Source of the DNA: Abditibacterium sp.
GTDB lineage: Bacteria; Armatimonadota; Abditibacteriia; Abditibacteriales; Abditibacteriaceae
Length of the DNA: 64,000 nt
Reading direction: 5' to 3'
NCBI GenBank assembly: GCA_965246885.1
Contig: OZ251992.1
Coordinates: 160,001-224,000 of the forward strand
Below the pieces are notes generated by a model. That model saw nothing but the letters and a program-made list of their open reading frames with translations. It did no database searches and was not told where the DNA came from. Every line of letters starts with the position of its first letter. Position 1 is the stretch's first letter. The translations under genes and the position numbers were made by a program. Shown here in pieces: positions 50,004 to 59,797 of the stretch.

Positions 50004-50834
50004 ATGACCACTTATCGCCTTAGCCGCTTGTTCGCGCCCGATGGACGCTGCTTTGACGTGGCGCTCGATCACGGCTTCTTCAACGAGGGGCCGTTTCTGA
50101 GCGGCATCGAGAACCTGCCGCGCGCCGTCGCCACTCTTGTGGACGCCGCGCCCGACGCCATCCAACTCACCGTCGGGCAAGCCAAGCACTTGCAAGGCGT
50201 CGCGGGCAAAGACAAGCCCGCCCTCGTGCTGCGCACCGACGTGGCGAATGTTTATGGGCGCGAACTGCCGCGCTACCTCTTCTCGAAAACCATCGAGTCG
50301 CCCGTCGAAACCGCGCTCCGTTTGGACGCGGCGTGCGTGGTCGTCAACCTGTTCGCCATCCCCGGCCAGCCCGAAGTCGCGGCGCAGTGCGTGGACAACA
50401 TCCTGCGCATCAAGCCCGACTGCGAGCGCTACGGCATGCCCCTGATGATCGAGCCGCTGGTTTTCCAATCCAACGAACTGAACGGCGGCTACATGGTGGA
50501 CGGCGACGAAAAGAAAATCGTGCCGCTCGTGCGCCAAGCGGTTGAACTGGGCGCCGACATCATCAAAGCCGACCCGACCGACGACGTTTCCATTTACGGC
50601 AAGGTCATCGAAACGGCGGGCGACGTGCCCGTCTTGGTGCGCGGCGGCGGGCGCGTGTCGGACGAAGAAATTCTTAAGCGCACCCACGAACTGATGCAAA
50701 GCGGCGCGCGTGGCATCGTCTATGGCCGCAACGTCATCCAACACCCCAACCCCAAAGGCATCACGCGCGCCTTGATGAGCCTCGTTCACGACCCCGCCGC
50801 CACGCCCACGAGTGCGCTCGAACTGCTTCGCTAA
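50004..50834 (+). CDS. Class I aldolase (DhnA/FbaB/LsrF family)
   Basis: ALDHG, MIEPL, ELGADIIK Schiff-base Lys, RGGG, YGRNV. Confidence 0.88.
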   Translation: MTTYRLSRLFAPDGRCFDVALDHGFFNEGPFLSGIENLPRAVATLVDAAPDAIQLTVGQAKHLQGVAGKDKPALVLRTDVANVYGRELPRYLFSKTIESPVETALRLDAACVVVNLFAIPGQPEVAAQCVDNILRIKPDCERYGMPLMIEPLVFQSNELNGGYMVDGDEKKIVPLVRQAVELGADIIKADPTDDVSIYGKVIETAGDVPVLVRGGGRVSDEEILKRTHELMQSGARGIVYGRNVIQHPNPKGITRALMSLVHDPAATPTSALELLR

Positions 50835-50839
50835 TCACC

Positions 50840-51979
50840 ATGAACACCCAACCATTGCGCTTTGGCGTTATCGGCGGCGGCTTGATGGGCCGCGAAATCG
50901 CCTCGGCTTTGGGGCGCTGGTTCGCCTTGACCGACGAGGACGTTCCCCATGCCGAACTGGTCGCCGTGTGCGACCTCAACCCCGCCGCGCGCGACTGGTT
51001 TACCCGCGTGCCCACCGTCAAGCAGCGCACCGACTCCGCCGACGAACTGCTCGCCAACCCCGACGTGGACGCCGTTTATGTCGCCCTGCCGCACAACCTG
51101 CACGAGGAGTTTTATCTCAAGGCTCTACGCGCCGGGAAGGATTTGCTCGCCGAGAAGCCCTTCGGTATAGACGCCCGCGCCGCCCAATCCGTGCGCGACG
51201 AAGCTGCGCGCTTGGGCCGTTTCGTGCGCTGTTCGAGCGAACTGCCCTTCTACCCCGGCGGGCAGCGCGTGTGGAAGGCGCTCAGCCAGAACCTCGAATC
51301 GCTGGGGCGCATCCTCGAAATCCATTCTGGCTTCCACCATTCCAGCGACCTCGACCCCACCAAGGCCGCGAACTGGAAGCGCCAAAATGAAACCTGCGGC
51401 GAAAACGGCGTCCTGAACGACCTCGGCATGCACGTCGCGCACCTGCCGCTCCGCTTGGGATGGAAGCCCCAGACGGTCTACGCCCAACTGCAACACGGCT
51501 TCCCCACCCGCCCCGACGGGCGCGGCGGAGAAACGGTCTGCGACACATGGGACAACGCCTTGCTCCACTGCGACGCCCAAATCGGCGGCCAAAGCGTGCC
51601 GATGCGCTGGGAAATGAAGCGCATGGCCCCGACCGAGACCAACACGTGGTTCATCGAAGTGCTGGGCACCCAAGGCGGCATCCGCTTCTCGACCAAGCAA
51701 CCCAAGACGCTCTACCTGTTCCAGAACGGGAAGGAGCAAAGCTGGAACGCCATTGATTTGGGCCACGCGAGTGCCTTTTCGACCGTGACGGGCGGCATCT
51801 TCGAGTTTGGCTTCCCCGACTCTCTTCTGCAAATGCTCGCCGCGTTCGCGTCCGAGCGCGCCGGAACCTTGAACGGGCGCTTTGGCATGGTCACGCCCGA
51901 CGAAGCCGTCGCCTCGCAGCAAGTGTGGAGCGCCGCCTTGCGCTCACACGCCGAAAAGCGCGCGGTGGAAGTGGGCTAA
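50840..51979 (+). CDS. Gfo/Idh/MocA family oxidoreductase
   Basis: GGGLMG Rossmann motif, PHNLH, AEKP, DLGMH. Confidence 0.9.
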   Translation: MNTQPLRFGVIGGGLMGREIASALGRWFALTDEDVPHAELVAVCDLNPAARDWFTRVPTVKQRTDSADELLANPDVDAVYVALPHNLHEEFYLKALRAGKDLLAEKPFGIDARAAQSVRDEAARLGRFVRCSSELPFYPGGQRVWKALSQNLESLGRILEIHSGFHHSSDLDPTKAANWKRQNETCGENGVLNDLGMHVAHLPLRLGWKPQTVYAQLQHGFPTRPDGRGGETVCDTWDNALLHCDAQIGGQSVPMRWEMKRMAPTETNTWFIEVLGTQGGIRFSTKQPKTLYLFQNGKEQSWNAIDLGHASAFSTVTGGIFEFGFPDSLLQMLAAFASERAGTLNGRFGMVTPDEAVASQQVWSAALRSHAEKRAVEVG

Positions 51980-52890
51980 CCTTTCATTCCCAACAGCGCC
52001 GCGCCGACGACGGCTTCATATTTGGGCGCGACCAGTTCCACACCTTCCAACTCCGGCGTGGCAGCTAAGGCGGCGCGGATTTCCGGCGCGTTCTCCAACA
52101 ACCCGCCCGTGAGCGCGAGCCGCCGCCCGCCGAGCGGGAACAATACGGCGTGTGCGGTGCGGGCCAAATGTCCTGCGGCGGCTTCGAGCAACTCCGACGC
52201 AACCGTGTCGCCTGCGCGGGCGGCTTTCAACACGTGCGGGACGAAGGCGGCGATGCGCTCGCGCGCGAAGTCGGGCGCGTAGATGACGGCGACCAGAGCG
52301 TTCAAATCGGCGACGGCGAAGTGGGCGAGGAGGGCATCTGACAGGCTGGTCGGTTCCCCCACTCCATCAATGGCGGCGACGGCGGCGCGGATGGCGGCTT
52401 CGCCCAGCCAGAAGCCGCTTCCCCGGTCGCCCAGCATCGGCCCCCAGCCGTCGGCGCGGACGCGCCACCCGCTCGCGTTTTGCCCGAAGCAGTTCGCGCC
52501 CGTTCCGGCTATAAGAACCGCGCCCCCGTGACTTGCCAACTCCTCCGGCCCGAAGGCGCCCACGAGCGCCGCCGCGACATCCTCGTCCACGCGCACCTTC
52601 TGCCCGTATTTGCGGGCGAGCGCCGCCGTCCAGCGCGCAACTTCCGCTTCTCCAACCGCGCCCGCCAAGCCAAAGCCGAACGATTCCATCTGCCCGACGA
52701 GCATCCCCGCTTCTCTCAGGGCGCCGTCCACAGCCCCCGCGATGTTGGCGAGCGCGCCGTCCAAGCCGACGTTGTACAGGTTGCTCGACCCGCTCTGCGC
52801 GCGCGCGAGCACGAAGTTGTGCGTGTCGTCTATCACCACAGCGCGCGTCGTCGTGCCGCCGCCGTCCACGCCAATCCGAAAAGTAGCCAT
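51976..52890 (-). CDS. BadF/BadG/BcrA/BcrD-type N-acetylglucosamine/N-acetylmuramate kinase
   Basis: GVDGGGTTT, GLAGA, IAGTG, GWGPMLGDRGSGFWLG, TGG. Confidence 0.85.
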   Translation of the reverse strand: MATFRIGVDGGGTTTRAVVIDDTHNFVLARAQSGSSNLYNVGLDGALANIAGAVDGALREAGMLVGQMESFGFGLAGAVGEAEVARWTAALARKYGQKVRVDEDVAAALVGAFGPEELASHGGAVLIAGTGANCFGQNASGWRVRADGWGPMLGDRGSGFWLGEAAIRAAVAAIDGVGEPTSLSDALLAHFAVADLNALVAVIYAPDFARERIAAFVPHVLKAARAGDTVASELLEAAAGHLARTAHAVLFPLGGRRLALTGGLLENAPEIRAALAATPELEGVELVAPKYEAVVGAALLGMKG

Positions 52891-52923
52891 GCCCCGTAGT
52901 TAAGCGCACAACACGCCCAAAGC

Positions 52924-53958
52924 CTACTCGCGCCCCCGATACGGCAGGTGCAGGGTATGCGCGGCGCGGCGTTTGACTTCTTCGCCGCGCCGGTCGTAGC
53001 GCGCGGTGGTGGCGACGCTCGCGTGTCCGGCCAAGCCCTGCACCGTCACGATGTCGGCGCCGCGCTCCAACAAGTCGCCCACGAACGTGCGGCGCAGGTC
53101 GTGGGGCGAGAGCGTCTTGACGCCCGCTTGCAAAGCGCGCTTTTTGAGGGCCTTGTAGATGGCGCAGTCGGTCAGGCGGCCTTGGGTGTGGACGCGCCCA
53201 CTGCGGCGGACGGGGTGGAATAGGGTGCCCGCGTGGTCGCCGCGCACGAGAAGCCAGTCGCGTAGCGCCTCGGCTGCCGCGCCGGACAGATACGCCATGC
53301 GCTCCTTGTTGCCTTTGCCGCGCACTTTCAGGGCGCCCGAATCGGCGTCGTAGTCGGCCAACATCAGCGCGGCGACCTCGCTCCGTCGCAAGCCGCCGGT
53401 ATACAAGACGGCAAGAAGGGCGGCGTCGCGCGCGCCGGTGACGGCGTTGGACTGGGTGCCGGTTTTGGGCGAAGCGAAGGGGTAGTTGCCGCGCGCGCAG
53501 GCGTCCAGCAGGGCGAGCAGTTCGCCGCTCGACACTTCCCGTCCAGCGGGCAAGCGGTCGCCGTGCACGATGCCGACGTTGCGGATGCGCGCGTAGTCCT
53601 CGGCGCCCATCTGCTCCAAGTTCCACGCGGCTTTGGCAACGCCGCGCACGGCATACAGCGTGGTGTTGACCGTCGCCGGAGCCAAACCGCGCTCGCCCAG
53701 CGCCGCCCGCAACGCCGCGACGTGCCCATAGCGCAGCAAGTGCCAAGGCACCGCGAGCACATCGCGCCGTCCGGTCAAAAGCTCGGCAACCAGTTCCAAC
53801 TTGCCGCGCATCGAGCGCCTGCCCGTCGGCGCGAGCGACGCCAGATACACCAGCACCGCGTTCATCTCCCCGCCCGGCGCCATTTCGACGCGCGCGAGCG
53901 CGCCAAAGGGCGCCTCTTCGACGACTTGCGCTTCGATGATGTCGGTGGGGAGATTCAT
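52924..53958 (-). CDS. Tyrosine recombinase/integrase
   Basis: Complete catalytic set: GLRRSE (R), GKGNKER (K), HDLRR (H-x-x-R), GHAS (H), TTARY (Y). Confidence 0.92.
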   Translation of the reverse strand: MNLPTDIIEAQVVEEAPFGALARVEMAPGGEMNAVLVYLASLAPTGRRSMRGKLELVAELLTGRRDVLAVPWHLLRYGHVAALRAALGERGLAPATVNTTLYAVRGVAKAAWNLEQMGAEDYARIRNVGIVHGDRLPAGREVSSGELLALLDACARGNYPFASPKTGTQSNAVTGARDAALLAVLYTGGLRRSEVAALMLADYDADSGALKVRGKGNKERMAYLSGAAAEALRDWLLVRGDHAGTLFHPVRRSGRVHTQGRLTDCAIYKALKKRALQAGVKTLSPHDLRRTFVGDLLERGADIVTVQGLAGHASVATTARYDRRGEEVKRRAAHTLHLPYRGRE

Positions 53959-53972
53959 AACGCGAGCCGCTC

Positions 53973-54001
53973 GTTGACGGCTTCAAAGGACGTGGTAAAA
54001 T
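53973..54001 (+). promoter_or_regulatory. sigma70-like promoter for the small membrane protein gene
   Basis: TTGACG, 17 nt, TAAAAT with TG extended -10. Confidence 0.55.
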
Positions 54002-54016
54002 GGGGGGCGATTCTTC

Positions 54017-54334
54017 ATGCCACCGCTTCCGCGCCCGTCGCCTGAGCAAGAGAAACTGCGCAAGCAGATCTCAGAGTACACCCAATATCAATGGCTTTCC
54101 CTGATGCCCGCGTGGATGCCCGGCGCACTGAGCGCGCTCAACCACACCAAGACGGCGCCGGGGCGCGAGGGAATCGTCGCCGCCTTTGACTTGGGGATGA
54201 TCGTGTTCGGGATAGTGTGCTTTATCTTGGTGCGCGGGCGCATCTCCTCCATGAAAAAGCGGTTGGCGCAACTCGAACTTCAAACCTCCCCTCCGGTTTC
54301 GCCGCTTACTGCTCCTCCCATTGCCAAGCCTTAA
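54017..54334 (+). CDS. Small hypothetical membrane protein
   Basis: Two hydrophobic segments, short coiled coil, Pro-rich tail; promoter upstream. Confidence 0.6.
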   Translation: MPPLPRPSPEQEKLRKQISEYTQYQWLSLMPAWMPGALSALNHTKTAPGREGIVAAFDLGMIVFGIVCFILVRGRISSMKKRLAQLELQTSPPVSPLTAPPIAKP

Positions 54335-54351
54335 GGCGCGTTTGCTCCGCC

Positions 54352-55824
54352 TCACGCCGTCGGCAAGACGAGGGCGCGGAAGACGCTGACGCCTTCGCTG
54401 TCGCGCAGTTGCAAGAGCAAGTGCGCACCGGGGGCGGCTTTGGCTTCGAGCGCGCGCCACGCTTTGGCAGAGGGCACTTCCGTCCACACCCCATCTTGGC
54501 GGGCGCGCACGATGCGCAGTCCCTCGCGCAGGTCGGCTTCGTCGGCGCGCGAGGCGGGGGTGATGGCGGAAATAACAGCGCCCATCTCCACGCCTTTCAA
54601 GTGGTATTTGGTTTTCTGCGCCGCGTCGAGTTCTTTGGCTTCGCGCACCGTGAGGCCCGACCCGACGATGGGCGCGCCGCTTTCGATGGAAAAGGGCGCA
54701 CCGGTGCCCTCGCCCAACACGCGCGCGCGGTCGCCGAGGGTGAGCGGAATGTCCAGTTTTAGGGTGTTCGTGTTGCCCGCGAAGTCGGGGCGCGCGATGT
54801 TGAGCACCATCTTGTCGCCCGGATTGCGCGCCGACACGAGACCCCGAAACTCTTCGACCGAGGACACGGGCTGGCCGTCCACGCCGAAAATCAGGTCGCC
54901 TTCGCGCACGCCCGCTTCCTTGGCGGGGCCAATCGCGGCACCGCTCTTTTGCGCGAGCGAGCCGACCTGCAAGCCGCCGGGGAGACCGAACTCGCGGGCC
55001 ACTTCGGGCGACAAACGCGAGTATTGAATCCCCACAAAGCCGCGCCGCACCTGCTTCCCCGCGACCAACAGCGGCAACAGACGGCGGATGGTGTTCGAGG
55101 GAATCGAGAACCCAATGCCCGCACTGGCGCGCGAGGGTGACAGAATCGCCGTGTTCAGCCCGACGACGCGCCCATTCAAATCAAGCAGTGGCCCGCCGGA
55201 GTTGCCGGGGTTGATGGAAGCGTCGGTTTGCAAATACGCGAGCGTCGAAGGCGTGCCATTCTTGTCTATGTGCCGTCCACTGGCCGACAAAACGCCCAGC
55301 GTCACGCTTTGCGGCTGTTCAAAGGGCGAGCCGACCGCAATAGCCCATTGCCCCGCAAGCGCCGCGTCAGAATCGGCCAACTCCAGTACGGGCAAGCCCG
55401 TCCGATTGACTTTGAGAACCGCCAAGTCCGCGTCGGGGTCGTAGCCAATGACGCGCGCCGCGACGCGCTCGACAGCCTCGGAATCGGCGTTGAACAACAC
55501 GCGAATCGAGGTGGCGCCGCGCACGACGTGGTAGTTGGTGAGCAACAGCCCATCGGCGCGAAACACCCAGCCCGTCCCAATGCTCGACAGAACCGCAGGC
55601 GGCGTTCCCGGAGTGGGAAGAGGCGCGTCGCCGTCATCATCGCCGTCGTCCTTGACCGAGCCGGGCGCCTTCTCACACACCACCGTCACAACCGACGGCT
55701 TCACGCGCGCCACAAGAGTCGTCACTTCGTTTTGCAGCGAGAGGAGCGATGGCGCGGGCGTGTCTTGGGCCAAAGCGGGAAGTGCGAGCGCGCACGCCAA
55801 GAGGCAAAGGGGAACTATTCGCAT
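54352..55824 (-). CDS. DegP/HtrA family serine protease with two PDZ domains
   Basis: TNYHV, DLAVL, QTDASINPGNSGGPL; signal peptide. Confidence 0.92.
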   Translation of the reverse strand: MRIVPLCLLACALALPALAQDTPAPSLLSLQNEVTTLVARVKPSVVTVVCEKAPGSVKDDGDDDGDAPLPTPGTPPAVLSSIGTGWVFRADGLLLTNYHVVRGATSIRVLFNADSEAVERVAARVIGYDPDADLAVLKVNRTGLPVLELADSDAALAGQWAIAVGSPFEQPQSVTLGVLSASGRHIDKNGTPSTLAYLQTDASINPGNSGGPLLDLNGRVVGLNTAILSPSRASAGIGFSIPSNTIRRLLPLLVAGKQVRRGFVGIQYSRLSPEVAREFGLPGGLQVGSLAQKSGAAIGPAKEAGVREGDLIFGVDGQPVSSVEEFRGLVSARNPGDKMVLNIARPDFAGNTNTLKLDIPLTLGDRARVLGEGTGAPFSIESGAPIVGSGLTVREAKELDAAQKTKYHLKGVEMGAVISAITPASRADEADLREGLRIVRARQDGVWTEVPSAKAWRALEAKAAPGAHLLLQLRDSEGVSVFRALVLPTA

Positions 55825-55860
55825 ACTCTCAGTTTAGAAGGAGACCCGCAAGCACTCCGC

Positions 55861-56664
55861 CTACTTCCAGTCCCACTTATCGAACCATGCCGCCGCTTTT
55901 TGGCGGCGCAGGAGCATCTTCTGGCGCTGGTCGGCGGCTTCGCGGCGGGCTTTGGCGGCGGCAAAGGTCTGGAAGATGTCCCGGTACATCCGCATCCGGT
56001 TGCGAAAGCCCCGAAGGAAGCCCAACTTCTCTTCCTTAATCGGATGCGTGACAGCGTGAAGATAGACGTGGTCGAGCTTGAGCGTCGGATCGCTCAGGAC
56101 GTGGCTGCTAATGGCGGCTTCGACGCCAAAGCGGGAACGGGTGAGGCCGGGAACGGCCAGAAAGACCTCGCGGCGGATGGCGCGCTGGCCGGTGATGGCG
56201 GGGTTCATGCGATGGCACCAACTGAGCCACCATCCCAGTAGCCCGCCGCGTATTGCGCCGAACAAGCCGATGGTCATATCGGCTGGGTCATCTTCGCGGA
56301 GCATGGGCGCAAGCATTTCGTCCACCTGCGCAGGGCGCAGGCCGATGAGATCAGCGTCCAAGAAAAGCAAAACGTCGGCGAAGGTGTTGTGCGCGCCGTG
56401 CGCCATCGCTCCGCCCTTGCCGATGTTCTGCCGAAGGACGAGTAAGCGCACCGGAACACGCTCCCCGGCCATGTCGCGCCCCGCCATCCAACTGGCGACC
56501 TGCTCGGCGGTGTCGTCGGTGCAGCCGTCGGTGACGCAAATGACTTCGTCCACGCTCGCGGCATCGCATAGCGTTTCGAGGACATCGCACACGCGGCCCG
56601 ACTCGTTGAACGCCGGGATAATCGCCGCGACTTGGGGCTTTTGAAAAGGGGTCACGGGGGGCAT
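55861..56664 (-). CDS. Glycosyltransferase family 2
   Basis: IIPAFNE, DGCTD, GKGGAM, FLDADL, GQRA, FGVE; ATG overlaps the trxA stop. Confidence 0.85.
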   Translation of the reverse strand: MPPVTPFQKPQVAAIIPAFNESGRVCDVLETLCDAASVDEVICVTDGCTDDTAEQVASWMAGRDMAGERVPVRLLVLRQNIGKGGAMAHGAHNTFADVLLFLDADLIGLRPAQVDEMLAPMLREDDPADMTIGLFGAIRGGLLGWWLSWCHRMNPAITGQRAIRREVFLAVPGLTRSRFGVEAAISSHVLSDPTLKLDHVYLHAVTHPIKEEKLGFLRGFRNRMRMYRDIFQTFAAAKARREAADQRQKMLLRRQKAAAWFDKWDWK

Positions 56665-56993
56665 TAAACGGCTAAAACCTCGTCTATGGTTTGTGCGAGT
56701 TGCTCTTCGCCGCGATAACCGGTCGCTTGGTTCACCACATGCCCATCTTTGAAAAAGAGTAAATTGGGAAGTGCCGAGATAGCGAATTGGCCCGCGATGG
56801 CATGGTTCTCGTCCACGTTGCACTTAACGACCTTGATGCGCCCCTCGTAGCGCGCCGCCAACCTGTCCAAGACGGGCGACAACATCTTGCACGGCTGGCA
56901 CCAGTCGGCCCAAAAATCAACGACCACCGGCACCTCGGCGCGCACGACCTCAGACTCGAAATTACCCTCGCCCACGATAGCCACTTGCGACAT
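56664..56993 (-). CDS. trxA: Thioredoxin
   Basis: VDFWADWCQPCK active site, NVDEN, cis-Pro ALPNL. Confidence 0.92.
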   Translation of the reverse strand: MSQVAIVGEGNFESEVVRAEVPVVVDFWADWCQPCKMLSPVLDRLAARYEGRIKVVKCNVDENHAIAGQFAISALPNLLFFKDGHVVNQATGYRGEEQLAQTIDEVLAV

Positions 56994-57053
56994 AGAATTC
57001 CTTGTTGCCACCGCGCGCCCGAAGACGCGCCGCAAAACCCCTTCAATTTTACT

Positions 57054-58133
57054 TCACCGCGCACCATCGGCACCCGAAAGCGCAATTAACCGCCCAAACA
57101 ACACGTCCAAACACAGATTTGTCGAGGCGTTGCGCAGAATATATTCGCGCGTTTGCCGCATTAAATCAAGGCGCCGCGCGTTTCGTTCTTCAATCGCGCC
57201 GCTTTGCAGGAGCCACTTCGCTCGCCCCGCGACGGCCAACTCGTCCAAGAAGCGCGCCATTGCCGCGCGGCCTCCTTTAGCGCCCAGTTTCTTGGCGTCG
57301 CCCTCGTCGCCCGCGTCCTCGTCCCACCACACTTTGGCCCATTTCAGCGCTTCTTCGGTCAACCCCAAAGCGCCGACGGGGGAATCCGTATCGAACCGCT
57401 CGACAAAGCGAGAGGCGATTTGAAAGCGCGACGGCCCACTATCCCCCGACTCCAGCAGTCGCTCCAACTCCCTACGGGCCACACCCGGTCGCCCGTTGCC
57501 CGCGCGCACCGCTTCCGTTAAGTCGGCAGGCGTCACATCGGGGAACTCGCTTTGCAGCCACGCCCACACATCGCCGTCCCGCGCAGTCGAAAGTTGCAGA
57601 TGCCAGCAACGCGACAGAATTGTCGCGGGCAAGTTGCGCGCGTTGTCGGTCGTCACCACCATATGCGTCGAAAGGGGCGGCTCTTCGAGCGTCTTGAGGA
57701 GCGCGTTATAAGCAGGCCCCAAAGCGCGGTCGAACTGCGCCAACACGATCACCTTGCGCACACCGGCAATGGGTTTGCGGAGCGCCTCATCCGACACCTC
57801 GCGCGCTTGGCCCACGAGAAAGATGCTCGAATCGAGAATTTCGGGCGCCCGCGTCGGCTCGCCAGAAGAAATCACGGGGCGAAAGACGCGGTAATCGGGA
57901 AAGGTCTCCACCTCCACTTGATGACACGCGCGGCATGTCAGACACGGCGACGGCAAGCCGGACTCATCGAATAAAGGCGCGAGGCAAAGCAGCAACTGCG
58001 CGTAGCGCAGTATAAAGGTCGTTTTGCCCACCCCCGGCGGCCCGGAAACGAGCAGCGTTTGCGGCGTGCGCCCCTTGCCATGTGCGCGGGCAAGGGCGCG
58101 CCAGCGTTCTTCGTGACCAATCAGCGGGGGCAT
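57054..58133 (-). CDS. holB: DNA polymerase III delta' subunit
   Basis: GPPGVGKT, C..CxxC zinc site, NALLKTLEEPP, TILSRC; follows tmk. Confidence 0.88.
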   Translation of the reverse strand: MPPLIGHEERWRALARAHGKGRTPQTLLVSGPPGVGKTTFILRYAQLLLCLAPLFDESGLPSPCLTCRACHQVEVETFPDYRVFRPVISSGEPTRAPEILDSSIFLVGQAREVSDEALRKPIAGVRKVIVLAQFDRALGPAYNALLKTLEEPPLSTHMVVTTDNARNLPATILSRCWHLQLSTARDGDVWAWLQSEFPDVTPADLTEAVRAGNGRPGVARRELERLLESGDSGPSRFQIASRFVERFDTDSPVGALGLTEEALKWAKVWWDEDAGDEGDAKKLGAKGGRAAMARFLDELAVAGRAKWLLQSGAIEERNARRLDLMRQTREYILRNASTNLCLDVLFGRLIALSGADGAR

Positions 58134-58139
58134 GATGAT

Positions 58140-58748
58140 TTACGCGCCGACCAGAAAGGACTCGGCGTCTTGCCAGATGCGCTCTTCCAGTTCGTCGGGC
58201 GGCAGGCTCCCGTCCAGAATCACCACGCGATGCCCTTCGCGCGCCGCCAGAGCGTGGTAACGGGTGCGCACCTCGCCCAGAAACCCCAACCCGCGCGCTT
58301 CGATGCGGTCTTGCGCACCATCTTTGCGCCGCGCCGCGCCGACTTCGGGCGACACATCGAGGAAAAACGTCCGCTTGGGCGCCAGACCCCCCGTCGCAAA
58401 CTCGTTCATTGCCCGAATAAAAGAGCCATCCAGCCCCAACGCGCCTTGATACGCCTCGCTCGAATCGGCGAAGCGATCGCAGAGCACCCACTGCCCCGCT
58501 TCGAGCGCGGGACGAATTATCTGCGCGACATGGGCGGCACGCGCCGCACCAAACAGCAGCAGTTCCGCGCGCGCATCGAGGGCGTCGCGCCCTTCCAGTA
58601 AAAGGGCGCGAATCGCTTCGGCCAAGCGCGTTCCTCCCGGCTCGCGCGTCGCCGCGACCGACAAACCACTCGCTTCCAAGCGCGTCGCCAAGCGCCTTAG
58701 CTGCGTCGTCTTGCCGCATCCGTCTATGCCTTCAAAGGAAAGGAACAT
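58140..58748 (-). CDS. tmk: Thymidylate kinase
   Basis: FEGIDGCGKTTQ, TREPGGT, CDRFADSSEAYQG, DRIE. Confidence 0.95.
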   Translation of the reverse strand: MFLSFEGIDGCGKTTQLRRLATRLEASGLSVAATREPGGTRLAEAIRALLLEGRDALDARAELLLFGAARAAHVAQIIRPALEAGQWVLCDRFADSSEAYQGALGLDGSFIRAMNEFATGGLAPKRTFFLDVSPEVGAARRKDGAQDRIEARGLGFLGEVRTRYHALAAREGHRVVILDGSLPPDELEERIWQDAESFLVGA

Positions 58749-58751
58749 GGC

Positions 58752-59696
58752 TTACTTGGGCAGTTTGTCAATGGACTCTTGGAAGCCGGGATGTTTGGGC
58801 GCCAAACGGAGCGCTTCTTCCCACGCTTTGCGCGCGCCCGCGAAGTCTTTGGCGTGCTTGGCTTCCTTACCGGCTTCCCACAGCGCGGTCAGCTTGGAGG
58901 CCATTGCCGGGTCAAGCCCCGCCGTTGCCGACGGCAGCGTCGCTTTGGGCGGCGCGACGGGGTTCTGGGCGATGCGCACCGGAATGGTGGAAGTGCCCGC
59001 TTTGACCGGGATTTTAGGCGTTGTCGGCGGCGCGATTCCGGGCGAGGCCGCGCCCAAAGTCGGCGTCGTCACGGGCGTGGTCGGCGCTTTGGCGACGAGG
59101 GTTTTTGGCGCACCGGGCGCCGTTGACGGTGTGCCCGCTTTGGCGACTTTGGGCTTTTTCGACTTGAGGAGCGGCTCCGGTTTGTCGAGGTCTTCGTCGC
59201 CCCCCTTGTTCGAGTTCAGGAGAAACATCGCCCCGCCGCCGCCGACGGCCAGTATCCCCAACAGGCCCAGAATCGGGAACAGCGGGAGCGATTTTTTCGC
59301 TTTGAGCGGCGCGGGTGGCGTTTCGAGGGGCGCCATCTGCACCGGCTCGGTCAGCATCCGTTCGGGCATGACCGCCGGAGCGGGCGGGAGTGGTTCGGCG
59401 CGCCCAAAGCCGCTCGACACTGGGGGTTCGGGCAAAAGGGCGGGCGTTTCGGAAAGGCCGAGCGGGTCGTTTTCGGGGAAATCGAACGCCGAGTTGGAAC
59501 CGGCGGCTGCCGTTGGCGCCGTCGGAGCGGCAGGCGCCGCGAGAAGCGAGTCAAACGACGAGGCGCCGTTCTGCGCGTCGAGGTCGCGCGAAATCGCATC
59601 GAAGTCAAACGCCTCATCGGGCGTTTTGGACGCGCCCCCGGCAGGAGGCGCGGCGGGCGGCGGGGTGTCGCCCTTTTTACGGTTGAAGAGTGCCAT
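58752..59696 (-). CDS. Pro-rich single-pass membrane protein with C-terminal TPR-like pair
   Basis: Acidic Pro-rich N-term, TM LFPILGLLGILAVGGGGAMFLL, C-term GARKAWEEALRLAPKH. Confidence 0.7.
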   Translation of the reverse strand: MALFNRKKGDTPPPAAPPAGGASKTPDEAFDFDAISRDLDAQNGASSFDSLLAAPAAPTAPTAAAGSNSAFDFPENDPLGLSETPALLPEPPVSSGFGRAEPLPPAPAVMPERMLTEPVQMAPLETPPAPLKAKKSLPLFPILGLLGILAVGGGGAMFLLNSNKGGDEDLDKPEPLLKSKKPKVAKAGTPSTAPGAPKTLVAKAPTTPVTTPTLGAASPGIAPPTTPKIPVKAGTSTIPVRIAQNPVAPPKATLPSATAGLDPAMASKLTALWEAGKEAKHAKDFAGARKAWEEALRLAPKHPGFQESIDKLPK

Positions 59697-59797
59697 CGGT
59701 AATTTTTAGAAAATAGGCCATCAAAATTATGCCGCAATCGCGGCTCCTCGTCCCACTCACGCAGTTCTTGCGCCAACCGGCCCCGGCAACCCATCCG

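Noticed and set aside
52924..53958. Integron integrase or prophage boundary
   Set aside because: No IntI-specific insertion before the HxxR motif, no attC cassettes, no phage genes and no adjacent tRNA.
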